Origin: Patescibacteria group bacterium
GTDB taxonomy: Bacteria; Patescibacteriota; Microgenomatia; JAMCZE01
Direction of reading: 5' to 3'
DNA length: 64,000 nucleotides
NCBI GenBank assembly: GCA_023380635.1
Contig: JAMCRP010000001.1
Coordinates: forward strand, 469,200 to 533,199
Below the pieces are notes generated by a model, which saw only the letters and a program-made list of their open reading frames with translations, ran no database searches and was not told the DNA's origin. This document shows, piece by piece, positions 18,305 to 27,974 of the stretch. Both the position numbers and the translations under genes were made by a program. Each line of letters opens with the position of its first letter. The first letter of the stretch is position 1.

Positions 18305-18806
18305 AAAGACCGCCGAACCCCAGTCCAAGGCTGGTCCGCCCCAGGCGGGAAAAACCGAAAACTTTACCGAGGTGGTAAGAAGTACCGCTGAAGAGTTGCT
18401 GTCGCAACTCCAGATTGAAGCGACGGTTAGTGTTTCTGAAGTCGAGGGAATCTACAATATAAATCTGGAAACGCCGGAATCAGGGCTTTTAATTGGCTAT
18501 CACGGCGAAACCCTGTCCTCTTTCCAGCTGATTTTAGGCCTCATGATTTACAAACGTACCGGTTCCTGGGTTAAAGTGGTGGTGGAAGTTGGCGACTACC
18601 GAGCGAAACGGGCCGAACAACTGACGGCCATGGCCGAGTCTTATGCTAATCAGGTGGTTTCTACCGGCCAAGCCATTACTCTGCCACCGTTGCCGCCGGC
18701 CGAACGCCGGGTCATCCACATGGCGCTGCAAAACCGCGGTGATGTCGAAACCGAATCCGTTGGTGAAGGAAATCAAAGAAGAGTGGTTGTAAAACCAAAA
18801 GTATGA
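18291..18806 (+). CDS. jag: KH/R3H RNA-binding protein Jag/EloR (KhpB)
   Basis: 'LIG.HGETL...Q', 'PAERRVIH.AL', 'TES.GEG..R.VV'. Confidence 0.93.
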   Translation: MPRAKKTAEPQSKAGPPQAGKTENFTEVVRSTAEELLSQLQIEATVSVSEVEGIYNINLETPESGLLIGYHGETLSSFQLILGLMIYKRTGSWVKVVVEVGDYRAKRAEQLTAMAESYANQVVSTGQAITLPPLPPAERRVIHMALQNRGDVETESVGEGNQRRVVVKPKV

Positions 18807-19135
18807 GGGGAAGAAATACTCCAGACTCAAGCGTGGGAAACACCATGCAAACCGCGTTGGAAAAGGCTGGCTTTAAAAGGTCTCCAGATCTTCCAGTCTT
18901 AAAAGAAGATAGACAAAAAGTAATTTGGGATCCAGTCCTCTTTCCGGCTCATGCCGCAGCCGCTCAAGGTAAGAGCGTAAATCCAGAATTTTTACAGGTG
19001 GAAGTTGAATTGAGGGACATCATGCAAGAATTCGATGAAAAATACGGACGCATTCCAGGAATGTCGAGACAGGATCGCCGAGCTGAAGCCTTGAACTGGC
19101 TGCAACTTCGCACCCACTTATTGAAGAATTCGTAG
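18803..19135 (+). CDS. Hypothetical protein
   Basis: 110-aa ORF whose start overlaps the jag stop (ATGA). Confidence 0.55.
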   Translation: MRGRNTPDSSVGNTMQTALEKAGFKRSPDLPVLKEDRQKVIWDPVLFPAHAAAAQGKSVNPEFLQVEVELRDIMQEFDEKYGRIPGMSRQDRRAEALNWLQLRTHLLKNS

Positions 19136-19147
19136 TACTATTTCTTT

Positions 19148-20203
19148 GTGGCCAAAGCGCAAAAAATTCTTTTTGCCCTTCTGATTATTTTTCTGCCTTC
19201 CCAGCTGGGTTTGCATTTTTGGCCAGCCTGGTCCTATATTAATGGTGTCTGCGTGGATTACTTCTCGCCGACGGTGTACTTCACTGACCTTTTAGTAATC
19301 GCTTTACTTCCACTGTCATTACGAGCGAAGCGAAGTAATCTCCATTTACACAAAAGAGATTGCTTCGTCGCTTTGTTCCTCGCAATGACAATTGGAGTAA
19401 ACATTTATTTTTCTACTCTCCCCTGGTTGTCTTTCTATAAATGGTTAAAAATTGGCGAGATGGCGTTTTTGGCCTGGTTTGTGGCAAAAAATAAAACTTT
19501 CCTGCTTTCCCGCTTACCTATTTTCCTACTGGTTCCTGTTGTATACTCTTGTGTTCTAGCCCTTTGGCAATTTGCCAAACAAGGGTCGGTGGGCGGAATC
19601 TGGTACTGGCTCGGCGAGCGCAGTTTTAATAATAGTACTCCTGGGATTGCTTTAGCTTCGTTTAACGGGCAAATGTTCCTGCGGCCCTACGCCACCTTCC
19701 CCCACCCGAATGTCTTAATGGGCTTTTTGATGGTGGCCGGCCTGTTAATTCTTACACAATTCCCGCATATTTCCCGCAAGATAACCGCAGTGGTTTTGGG
19801 GCTACTATTAATAGTGTTAGTCTTGCTTCCGTCGCGGGGCAATCTGCTAACCGGCTGGGGCCTGCGAATGCAGCTAAACCAGATAGCGATACAACAATGG
19901 TTAAAATCTCCCCTGTTTGGTACCGGTTTGGGCACTTCCCCGCTTTACCCTCGCAATATTGCCAACTTTTCCCTCCTTCACCAGCCTATCCATAATCTCT
20001 ATTTCTTGAGTCTCTCGGAAACAGGGTTAATAGGACTGGGTATATTTGTGATTTTGCTCCTCGCAGCTTTATGGAAGAAAGAAAATATAAGGCATAAGAT
20101 TCCCCTGCTGGCGATCATGGGGCTGGGTCTTTTTGATCATTACTTTCTAACCCTGCAACAGGGACAACTGCTTTTTGCGATTGTTCTTGGTACAATCATC
20201 TGA
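19148..20203 (+). CDS. O-antigen ligase / Wzy-like membrane protein
   Basis: 'R.Y.TF.HPN.L.G', 'P.FG.G', 'HN.Y...L.E.G..G', multiple TMs. Confidence 0.85.
   Translation: MAKAQKILFALLIIFLPSQLGLHFWPAWSYINGVCVDYFSPTVYFTDLLVIALLPLSLRAKRSNLHLHKRDCFVALFLAMTIGVNIYFSTLPWLSFYKWLKIGEMAFLAWFVAKNKTFLLSRLPIFLLVPVVYSCVLALWQFAKQGSVGGIWYWLGERSFNNSTPGIALASFNGQMFLRPYATFPHPNVLMGFLMVAGLLILTQFPHISRKITAVVLGLLLIVLVLLPSRGNLLTGWGLRMQLNQIAIQQWLKSPLFGTGLGTSPLYPRNIANFSLLHQPIHNLYFLSLSETGLIGLGIFVILLLAALWKKENIRHKIPLLAIMGLGLFDHYFLTLQQGQLLFAIVLGTII
19314..19390. mobile_element. RPE/REP-like palindromic element inserted in frame in the O-antigen ligase gene
   Basis: Terminal inverted repeats TGTCATTACGAG / CTCGCAATGACA with an inner stem CGAAGTAATCTC / GAGATTGCTTCG. 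Encodes SLRAKRSNLHLHKRDCFVALFLAMT. Confidence 0.8.
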
Positions 20204-21510
20204 TGGCTTCCCTGTCACGCAAAATTGCCTGGAACACCTTGGTCCAAATGGCGGGTAAAGCGGCTACCACAACCCTGGGTGTTATTATCACCATCCTTTT
20301 AACCCGTTATCTTGGCCCGACCGGCTTTGGGACTTTTACTTTTGTCATGGTTTTTGTCACCCTTTTTGGCAGCGCCGCCGACTGGGGGTTAACTTTGATT
20401 ACCGTGCGCGAAGCCAGCAAAAACGGCGACCAGGCTCATGAAATTATCGGGAATGTGTTAATTATCCGCCTGCTTCTGGCGGCCGCCGCGGCCCTGGCGG
20501 CAATTATTGCTATTAATCTGCTTCCCTATGACCCCCTGACCCGGTTTCTGGTGGCGATTTTTTCCCTGTCGCTTTTGGCCACATCTCTAAAGACTTCGTT
20601 TCAGATTACCTTTAATGTGAAGCTTCAGATGGAAAACACCGCTCTGTCCGATTTTTCTGCCAATGTCATCATTGTGGCCCTGGTGGGTTTAATTATTTAT
20701 TTCCACCTGGGCTTAACCCAGATAATTTTGGCCTATTTGGCCGGGGATATTCTGGCGGCTCTGGTAGCCGGAGCTTTGGGTATCCGGCTGCTGCCGCTGC
20801 GGCTCAAGTTAGTGACCCCGACTACCAAATACCTGTTATTAGAATCTTTGCCGATGGGAGCAATTCTGGTCGTCTTTACGATTTACAACCGCATTGACAC
20901 GGTAGTGCTTTCCTACTTTAAGGGAGAGGAAGCGGTGGGACTTTATGGAGCGGCCTACAAAATCTACGAGGTTTTAACTCTTGGGGCGGCTTATTTTGCC
21001 AACGCCGTGCTGCCGTTAATTTCCACCCTGGCACATCAGGATAAGGCGAAGCTGGCGGAGGTGTACCGGAAATGTTTTGTCGTTTTGATGCTCCTGGGAA
21101 TAACTGTGGCGGCGGTTAACTATCTTCTGGCTCCCTTGGGCATTGCCATTATCGCCGGGCCGAGGTTTGCCGGGGCTGTTCCCGCCCTAAGAATTTTGTC
21201 GTTAGCTTTGGTCGTTGCTTATTTCAACCATTTAAACGGCTACACTTTGATTGCCTTGGGAAAACAGTGGTATTCGTTTGTCATTGCCATCGGAGCCCTA
21301 ATTATTAATGTTGCCCTAAATATTGTCTTTATCCCCCGTTTTAGCTTTGAAGCCGCAGCGTTTATCACCTTTGTGACCGAGGGTTTAATTGTCCTGGCGA
21401 CTTTATTATTTTTGCACCGAACCATTGGTTTGCGGCCGCAAATCCGGGATCTTGTTAGCGTCACTCGGGAAATCATTCAGAAAAGGGGGAAGATTTTTGA
21501 GTATGCTTAA
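20203..21510 (+). CDS. Wzx-type polysaccharide flippase
   Basis: 'RYLGP..FG', 'D.GL.....RE', 'IY.RID.V.L', 'VG.Y.AAYK', about 12 TMs. Confidence 0.9.
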   Translation: MASLSRKIAWNTLVQMAGKAATTTLGVIITILLTRYLGPTGFGTFTFVMVFVTLFGSAADWGLTLITVREASKNGDQAHEIIGNVLIIRLLLAAAAALAAIIAINLLPYDPLTRFLVAIFSLSLLATSLKTSFQITFNVKLQMENTALSDFSANVIIVALVGLIIYFHLGLTQIILAYLAGDILAALVAGALGIRLLPLRLKLVTPTTKYLLLESLPMGAILVVFTIYNRIDTVVLSYFKGEEAVGLYGAAYKIYEVLTLGAAYFANAVLPLISTLAHQDKAKLAEVYRKCFVVLMLLGITVAAVNYLLAPLGIAIIAGPRFAGAVPALRILSLALVVAYFNHLNGYTLIALGKQWYSFVIAIGALIINVALNIVFIPRFSFEAAAFITFVTEGLIVLATLLFLHRTIGLRPQIRDLVSVTREIIQKRGKIFEYA

Positions 21511-21910
21511 AGTTTTTACTGATGGTGGAGCTCGTGGTAACCCCGGCCCGGCAGCCTGTGCTTTTGTGGTGTGGGAGGCTGCCGGAAATTTGCGGGAAAA
21601 ACGCGGAAAATTCCTCGGCAATAAGACCAACAACGAGGCGGAATATGCTGGGGTGATTGAAGCCCTAAGTTTCTTAAGGAACTTAAGTGACTTAAGAGAC
21701 TTAAAGATCGACCTTTTCCTGGATTCCCTGTTGGTGGTTAATCAGCTCAATGGGTTATGGAAGGTCAAAGAGGCTCGACTGCGGGAACTAATGCTTCAGG
21801 TTCGGAGCTTAGAAAACGGACTAACCGTCACCTACTCTCATGTTTCCCGTTCACAAAATAAAGAGGCGGATCTTCTGGTCAACGAAACACTCGACGGCCA
21901 AATGCGCTAG
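21503..21910 (+). CDS. rnhA: Ribonuclease HI family protein
   Basis: 'TDGGARGNPGPA', 'TNNEAEY', 'DSLLVVNQL.G', 'N..AD.L'. Confidence 0.93.
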   Translation: MLKVFTDGGARGNPGPAACAFVVWEAAGNLREKRGKFLGNKTNNEAEYAGVIEALSFLRNLSDLRDLKIDLFLDSLLVVNQLNGLWKVKEARLRELMLQVRSLENGLTVTYSHVSRSQNKEADLLVNETLDGQMR

Positions 21911-21919
21911 AATGAGTGT

Positions 21920-24406
21920 GTGAGCCCTGCTGCCAAAATTACTGTCGAAACGAACGAAAGCGCGCCCCTGGCAGTCGTTTATAACACTGGCGATTTAAGT
22001 CTGGCGGTGAGGCGGGCGCTCAAAAAACAGCACCTGCGCGTCCTGCACCTGGAAAACGAGGCCACTCCCCTGCCTGTTTTAGAACACCCGGCCTACATTT
22101 TTTTCTTCATTAGTGATCAGGTTCCGCTGGCGAACGCAAAATTGCAGTTTCAGGAAGCAGTCAGCAGCGCCGGCGCCAATGGGGCCAAAGTAGTTTTGAT
22201 TTTAGATAATGTTCAAAACTTTTACGAGAAAGTGCTGGCGTCTCAGGCGGAAAAATTGGGCTGGCCGCTTTCACTAGCCGAAGTTCATGGGGAGATGGAC
22301 GGGCCGGCCGGACCAACTACGGAAGCTGCCGCCGGAAAAATAGTGCGCCTGGCTTTTTCGTCCGGCGCCGGACATCGGCAGATGATCATGGGTAAAAATA
22401 AGGGGACGCCGGTTCAAAGCAACTTTCCCGAAAGGCACTTGTCGGCTCAGGATGTTTTCGACCGCTTAAACAAATTTAATCGCCGCCGCCCTCCGCCGCT
22501 AAAAAAATACGCCACGATTACTCTGGTATTAGCCCTGTTTTTTGGCATTTTGTCCCCCCTGTTTTTAATGGGAGCCGTCTCTTTAAAGGCGGTGTTTGAA
22601 TTAAGCCAGGCCAAGGAAATGCTTATAACCGGCCGCTTTACGCCAGCCGAGAGTTTGGCGACACAGGCAAAACAGGATCTGGTTTATTCCCAAAATATCG
22701 CCCGCTTTTTCGGGCCGCTTCTGATCGGTTTCAGTGGCCCCATGAACCGGTACTATGATCTGCTTTCTGTTGGCGAAACCGGAGCGGATGTGGCCGCCCG
22801 GGCGGCCCGTTTGGGACCCCTGGCAGATCTGGCAGCAAAAAGCTTTCTTAACGGAGGGCAAAACTTAAGCGCCCTGTCCTCGCAAATTCAAGACGAGACA
22901 GGGCCCCTTAATCAGGATCTGGGGTTAATTGAAGCCCAGGTGGGCGGCCTGTCGCCGGCTTCCTTGGGACTGCTTTCTTTTATGGGGGTTCCAGCTGGAA
23001 AAATTAAAACTTACGCCGGGGAAATTCCCCGGGTCCGTCAGCTCTTGACCCAGGCCGATCTGGTGCTTTCCGCCTGGCCTCAGATTGTGCCGGCCGAGGG
23101 TAAAAAGACCTATCTGGTAGTTTTTCAAAACAGTGCCGAGTTGCGGCCTACCGGCGGGTTCATTGGTTCCTACGGACTGGTCCGGTTTAATAACGGGAAG
23201 CTTCTGGATTGGAAAATTTACGATATTTACACGGCCGACGGCAAGCTTGCCGGGACGATTACCCCGCCGGATGAGATCCTGCAGTTCATGGGCCAGCCGG
23301 ACTGGTATATGCGTGACAGTAACTGGGCGGCAGATTTTCCTTTGACAGCTAAACGCTTGGAATGGTTTTTAGAAAAAGAAACCGGCGAAACAGCTGATGG
23401 CGTGATTGCCGTCAATCTGGGAGCAGTTCAAAAGCTTCTGGAGGCTACCGGACCGTTGAATTTGCCCGATTTTGACCAGACGGTTTCAGCCTCAGACTTT
23501 TTTCAGAAGGCGGAATATTCTTCGGAAATTAATTTTTTTGCCGGCTCCAGCCAAAAACAGGATTTTCTGGGGGGTGTGGCCCGGGCAATTTTGTCTAAGT
23601 TGACAACCGATGACGATAAGAATTATCCGGCTATAGCCAATGCTCTGGTAGCTAGCCTTAATGAAAAAAACATCCTTCTCTATTTTAACGGCACCGAAGC
23701 TCAAAAAGCCGTTTTTGGGGCCGGCTGGTCAGGAAGTATTGTTACTCCCGACTGTCAAAAGAAAGGCAGCAATTGCCTGATGCTCGTGGAAGCTAACTTG
23801 GGAGCCAATAAAGCCAATTATTTTGTCAAGCGCTCGCTGCGAGTGGATTCGACGGTCAGTAAAGGCGGCGATATTGAAAATACCGTGACGGTTCTTTACC
23901 GCAACGATTCCCCGTCTGACACTTGGCCGGGCGGTAAATACAAAAACTACCTGCGGTTTCTGGTACCGGCCGGTTCAAAGCTAATTAGTTTCGATCTGGG
24001 TGACGGCCGCAAGCCGGCGGTTTCCCCAACTTTAACCGCCGAGGAACTCTCAAAAGTCGCCCCTGATGAGTTTTTTGTCTTCCAGACGACAGAAAACAAT
24101 TATGCTAGTTTTGGAACCCTGGTGGAAATTCCTATTGAATCCGACCAGACGGTAACTTTCCGTTATCGTCTGCCGGACAAACTCTCGTTTGCCAACACTA
24201 AAACCACTTATGAGTTTCATCTTCTCAAACAGCCGGGAACAAGCGGCGACCTTTTTGATTTTTCCTTAGACTACCCCTCTTTCCTGTCTCCGGTTCAAAA
24301 GAATCTGGCAAGCACGGTTCCTCTTGTCTTTAACCAGAAGCTTATATATAATTCAGATCTAACCCAGGATCGGGATTTTGAGGTTAATTTTGAAACAAAG
24401 CTATGA
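21920..24406 (+). CDS. DUF4012-domain membrane-anchored protein
   Basis: 'YLV.FQN.AELRPTGGFIGSY', 'RDSNW..DFP', 'GANKAN', 'Y.NYLR..VP.G', 'KQPG'. Confidence 0.85.
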   Translation: MSPAAKITVETNESAPLAVVYNTGDLSLAVRRALKKQHLRVLHLENEATPLPVLEHPAYIFFFISDQVPLANAKLQFQEAVSSAGANGAKVVLILDNVQNFYEKVLASQAEKLGWPLSLAEVHGEMDGPAGPTTEAAAGKIVRLAFSSGAGHRQMIMGKNKGTPVQSNFPERHLSAQDVFDRLNKFNRRRPPPLKKYATITLVLALFFGILSPLFLMGAVSLKAVFELSQAKEMLITGRFTPAESLATQAKQDLVYSQNIARFFGPLLIGFSGPMNRYYDLLSVGETGADVAARAARLGPLADLAAKSFLNGGQNLSALSSQIQDETGPLNQDLGLIEAQVGGLSPASLGLLSFMGVPAGKIKTYAGEIPRVRQLLTQADLVLSAWPQIVPAEGKKTYLVVFQNSAELRPTGGFIGSYGLVRFNNGKLLDWKIYDIYTADGKLAGTITPPDEILQFMGQPDWYMRDSNWAADFPLTAKRLEWFLEKETGETADGVIAVNLGAVQKLLEATGPLNLPDFDQTVSASDFFQKAEYSSEINFFAGSSQKQDFLGGVARAILSKLTTDDDKNYPAIANALVASLNEKNILLYFNGTEAQKAVFGAGWSGSIVTPDCQKKGSNCLMLVEANLGANKANYFVKRSLRVDSTVSKGGDIENTVTVLYRNDSPSDTWPGGKYKNYLRFLVPAGSKLISFDLGDGRKPAVSPTLTAEELSKVAPDEFFVFQTTENNYASFGTLVEIPIESDQTVTFRYRLPDKLSFANTKTTYEFHLLKQPGTSGDLFDFSLDYPSFLSPVQKNLASTVPLVFNQKLIYNSDLTQDRDFEVNFETKL

Positions 24407-25098
24407 AAGCAATTCCTTTGGAAGTTCAGGTTCGGAGTTTAATCGGAAAAAAAGTCAAATCCCTTCGCCGAGACGGATTGGTGCCCGCGACGGTTTATGG
24501 GAAAGAAGTTAAATCCCAAAGTCTGGCCGTGCCGGTAAAGGAATTTGCGAAAGTTTTTGCTCAGGCGGGCGAGACCGGATTGGTGGAACTGAAATTTGAC
24601 AAGACTACGCTTCCTACTCTGATTTCCGAGGTCCAAATTCATCCTTTAAACCGCCAACTGCTTCATGTCCAGTTTCATGCGGTTAAGCTGACAGAAAAAA
24701 TTAAGGCCAACGTCCCTCTCGAATTGGTGGGCGAGTCGCCAGCAGTGACCAGCAACATTGGGTTGCTGCTTCAGACCCTAAACGAAATCGAAGTGGAAGC
24801 CTTGCCGACTGATTTGCCGGAAAAGATCGAAGTAGACACCAGGAAACTTTCCGAAGTGGATCAACAGATAACCGTAGCTGATTTGAAAATTCCCGGCGGA
24901 GTAGAAGTGCTCACCGGCAAAGAGGAAGTAGTAGTGAAAGTGGCTCCGGCTGTTTCAGAAGAAGCCAAGAAAGAGGCTGAAGAGGAAGCTGCCAAAGCGG
25001 CAGCGGAAGCTGCAACTGAAGGGGCTGGGGAAGCCGTCGCTCCCGCAGAAGGGGAATCCCCTAAAGCCGAAACTCCGGCTGGAGAGAAAGCTTCTTAA
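24403..25098 (+). CDS. rplY: 50S ribosomal protein L25 / Ctc
   Basis: 'LRR.G.VPA.VYG', 'Q.HP....LLHV.F', 'VEALP..LP..I.VD', acidic tail. Confidence 0.95.
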   Translation: MKAIPLEVQVRSLIGKKVKSLRRDGLVPATVYGKEVKSQSLAVPVKEFAKVFAQAGETGLVELKFDKTTLPTLISEVQIHPLNRQLLHVQFHAVKLTEKIKANVPLELVGESPAVTSNIGLLLQTLNEIEVEALPTDLPEKIEVDTRKLSEVDQQITVADLKIPGGVEVLTGKEEVVVKVAPAVSEEAKKEAEEEAAKAAAEAATEGAGEAVAPAEGESPKAETPAGEKAS

Positions 25099-25663
25099 GA
25101 ACCTCGTTATTGGGATCAATTTCCGCAGCTTTTTCCAAGAATTTGTACACGTCAAAATTGCGGTAAATCTGCCCGGAAAGAACCGCTAATTTTAAATAGG
25201 CATCCCGGTATCCCGGAAAAGTTTCCGCAAGCTTTTGCCAGAAGACAATATCCTTCTTAATTTGATCTGGCTGATTTTTAATCGCCTGAATTTTCAACAC
25301 TTCAGAGCTATGAGGGTCATTAAAAGCTTTTAGGGTTTCTGTTTCGGCCGGACTAAAATCGTTAGAGTTAAGAAGAAGCTGTCCCAGAAGGCGGTGAGAG
25401 TTGGTGTCGTAGGAATTGACCAGGAGATTATCTTTCAGGGTTTCGAAGGGAGATTTAGGTAAAGTCAGGTTAATAAGCAGGATGACAACAAAGAAAAAAG
25501 CCAGCACAAAAACCAGCTCGCGGGCCAGGCGGCGCAGGTACAAGAGGGGAAGCTTTTTCCATGACATGAACAGCCTCAAGTAAGGGCGAAAATTTTGCAG
25601 TTTTTCGAAAACTTTTCCTAACTTCTTTCGGGGCAACCCCAAACCTTTCATGCGCCCAAGCAT
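25061..25663 (-). CDS. Membrane-anchored TPR-like hypothetical protein
   Basis: One TM and a TPR-like repeat 'W.......P.YRDAY..LA', 'A.EIDPNN'. TATAAT lies 8 nt before the ATG. Confidence 0.7.
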   Translation of the reverse strand: MLGRMKGLGLPRKKLGKVFEKLQNFRPYLRLFMSWKKLPLLYLRRLARELVFVLAFFFVVILLINLTLPKSPFETLKDNLLVNSYDTNSHRLLGQLLLNSNDFSPAETETLKAFNDPHSSEVLKIQAIKNQPDQIKKDIVFWQKLAETFPGYRDAYLKLAVLSGQIYRNFDVYKFLEKAAEIDPNNEVLKKLSLQPEFRL

Positions 25664-25683
25664 ACAGTACTATTATACCTTTC

Positions 25684-27660
25684 TTACCGGGGCCAGGGGG
25701 CAATAATGATAGGATTGTTGCTGTGGTCGGGGAGCAGTCCCCAAAGTTCTTCAGTGACAAACGGGATGAAGGGGTGGAGAAGTTTGAGCAGGGTTTCGAA
25801 AGTTTTCAGTAGGGAAGTGTAGGACACAAATCCTTTCTTGTAGTCTTCAAGATACTTATCCGCAAACTCATGCCAGGTAAATTGATAAAGATCTTCCGCC
25901 GCCACTCCCAGTTTAAAGGCGTCTAATTCCCGGGTAACCTTTTTAACCAAAGCAGCCAGCTTTTTCGCTAATTCCTTGTCAAGTTTGCCAGTTTTGTTTT
26001 TCTGTTCAACACCAAGAATGAACCGCCCGATATTCCAGAGTTTGTTAGTGAAATTCCGATAGCCAATAATCTTTTCTTCGAAGAGTCTCTGGTCCTGGCC
26101 GGCGCCAACATTGGCAACCAGGGAAAATCGCAGAGCGTCCGCGCCATATTTACTAACCATATCGAGGGGATTAATGACATTACCTTTGCTTTTACTCATT
26201 TTTTGACCTTCCTTGTCGCGGACCAAGCCATGAAGGTATACTGTTTTGAACGGAACTTTTCCTGTCACATACAGTCCAAGCATAATCATTCGGGCTACCC
26301 AGAAAAACAGAATATCGTAACCGGTTTCCATAACTGTCGTTGGATAGAATTTTTCAAAATCACCGGGTTTTGTGGTCATGAGGGTTGAGAACGGCCACTG
26401 GCCGGAAGAGAACCAAGTGTCAAAAGTGTCGGTTTCTCCCTCGATGGGAACCTTAGCGCCCCAAACAATTTGACGGCTAATGTTCCAATCGCGGATATTT
26501 TCCATCCAGCGAAAGTAAGTCTTCTCAAAAGATTTAGGAAGAATTTTAATTTCCCCATTCTTAACTGCGTCAATAGCCGGTTTTGCCAGAGGCTTAGTTT
26601 TGACAAACCATTGTTTCTGAAGAAGGGGTTCGATAACACCTTTACACTTATAACAAATGCCGACGGAGTGATGCAGGGGCTCTTCTTTAACAAGAAAGCC
26701 ATTTTCCTTCAAATCGGTAACAACGGCCTCTCGGGCTGGTTCGACTTTTAGTCCCCGATATTTTTCGGGGACATTACTGTTCAAGCGGCCGGAAAAATCA
26801 ATAATGGTAATTTGAGGCAGATCGTGGCGATTACCAATTTCAAAATCCAGAGGATCATGAGCGGGGGTAACCTTAAGCGCGCCGGTGCCAAACTTGATAT
26901 CCACCGCTTCGTCGGAAATAATCGGAATCTCCTTGTTGATTAAGGGAATTACGGCCGTTTTACCAATTAGGCTCTTGTAGTGTTTATCTTTAGGATTAAC
27001 GGCAATCGCCGCGTCGGCAAAAATTGTTTCCGGACGGGTGGTGGCAATGTGCAACAGCCCGTAGTTTAGAAAGTATAACTTGTCGTCACGTTCGGTATAG
27101 TCCACCTCCAAATCAGAAAAAGCCGTTCCGCAGCGGGGGCAATAATTAACAATTCTTTCACCCTTATACACCAAGCCTTCTTTTCTCATTTTTTCAAAAG
27201 TTTGGAAAACAATCTTAAGAGTATCAGGATCGAGGGTAAACTTTTCCCGGGACCAGTCAAGAGAAAAACCAAGCTTTTTCAGTTGATCGCGGACTGTTTG
27301 TTTGTTTTTATCAACAAAGTCCCAAATCATTTTATAGAGAGTAGTGTTGTCATAGTCGAAACGGCTTTTGTTTTCTTTTTTAAGCTGTTTTTCGAAAACA
27401 AATTGAGTTTCAAAGCCGGCATGATCTAAGCCCGGCAGCCACAAGGCAGCGAAGCCTTTCATCCGGTGATACCTAATGAGAATGTCTTCAATGGTAAATA
27501 AGGCATGGCCTAAGTGAAGATCGGCGTTGGCGTTTGGCGGGGGAAGAATAATAGTAAAGGGTTTGCCGTCGGGATTAATTTCCGGCTTAAAATAGCCGCC
27601 TTCTTCCCACATGCGGTAAATGTGGTCTTCAACCTTGAGATGGTCGTATTTTGGCTCCAT
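25684..27660 (-). CDS. valS: Valine--tRNA ligase (shortened; no C-terminal coiled coil)
   Basis: 'PPPN', HLGH, 'W.PG.DHAG', 'TTRPET', 'GTG..KVTPAHD', 'DTWFSS', KMSKS. Confidence 0.96.
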   Translation of the reverse strand: MEPKYDHLKVEDHIYRMWEEGGYFKPEINPDGKPFTIILPPPNANADLHLGHALFTIEDILIRYHRMKGFAALWLPGLDHAGFETQFVFEKQLKKENKSRFDYDNTTLYKMIWDFVDKNKQTVRDQLKKLGFSLDWSREKFTLDPDTLKIVFQTFEKMRKEGLVYKGERIVNYCPRCGTAFSDLEVDYTERDDKLYFLNYGLLHIATTRPETIFADAAIAVNPKDKHYKSLIGKTAVIPLINKEIPIISDEAVDIKFGTGALKVTPAHDPLDFEIGNRHDLPQITIIDFSGRLNSNVPEKYRGLKVEPAREAVVTDLKENGFLVKEEPLHHSVGICYKCKGVIEPLLQKQWFVKTKPLAKPAIDAVKNGEIKILPKSFEKTYFRWMENIRDWNISRQIVWGAKVPIEGETDTFDTWFSSGQWPFSTLMTTKPGDFEKFYPTTVMETGYDILFFWVARMIMLGLYVTGKVPFKTVYLHGLVRDKEGQKMSKSKGNVINPLDMVSKYGADALRFSLVANVGAGQDQRLFEEKIIGYRNFTNKLWNIGRFILGVEQKNKTGKLDKELAKKLAALVKKVTRELDAFKLGVAAEDLYQFTWHEFADKYLEDYKKGFVSYTSLLKTFETLLKLLHPFIPFVTEELWGLLPDHSNNPIIIAPWPR

Positions 27661-27688
27661 AAGGAGATTTTAGCAGAGCAGAAGGAAT

Positions 27689-27916
27689 TTAAGAAGCTTG
27701 GAATAGTCGTTGGAGGGTGACAAAAAGTCTTCGCGCCCTAGAAACCGGGGCCATCTCAGGCATGGTTATCAGGACGGGCTGATTAGAAACAAGGTTAATG
27801 ACGGCACTGTTGACCGGTTGGATAATATGGGGTCTATCCAGGTGGCCGCCGCCGGGCCTGGTATTAATTATTAATCTTCCCATTTTGTATTCGAGAGTCT
27901 TGATTACTTCTGCCAT
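27689..27916 (-). CDS. Small hypothetical protein
   Basis: 75-aa ORF with TAAAAT 6 nt before the ATG. Confidence 0.5.
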   Translation of the reverse strand: MAEVIKTLEYKMGRLIINTRPGGGHLDRPHIIQPVNSAVINLVSNQPVLITMPEMAPVSRARRLFVTLQRLFQAS

Positions 27917-27938
27917 GCAATTATTTTAATTATCCTTC

Positions 27939-27967
27939 TTGACAAAGTCTACCGTGTTCCATAATAT
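27939..27967 (+). promoter_or_regulatory. Sigma70-type promoter, probably leaderless
   Basis: TTGACA(27939)-N17-TAATAT(27962), 7 nt before ATG 27975. Confidence 0.7.
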
Positions 27968-27974
27968 CGCCTAA

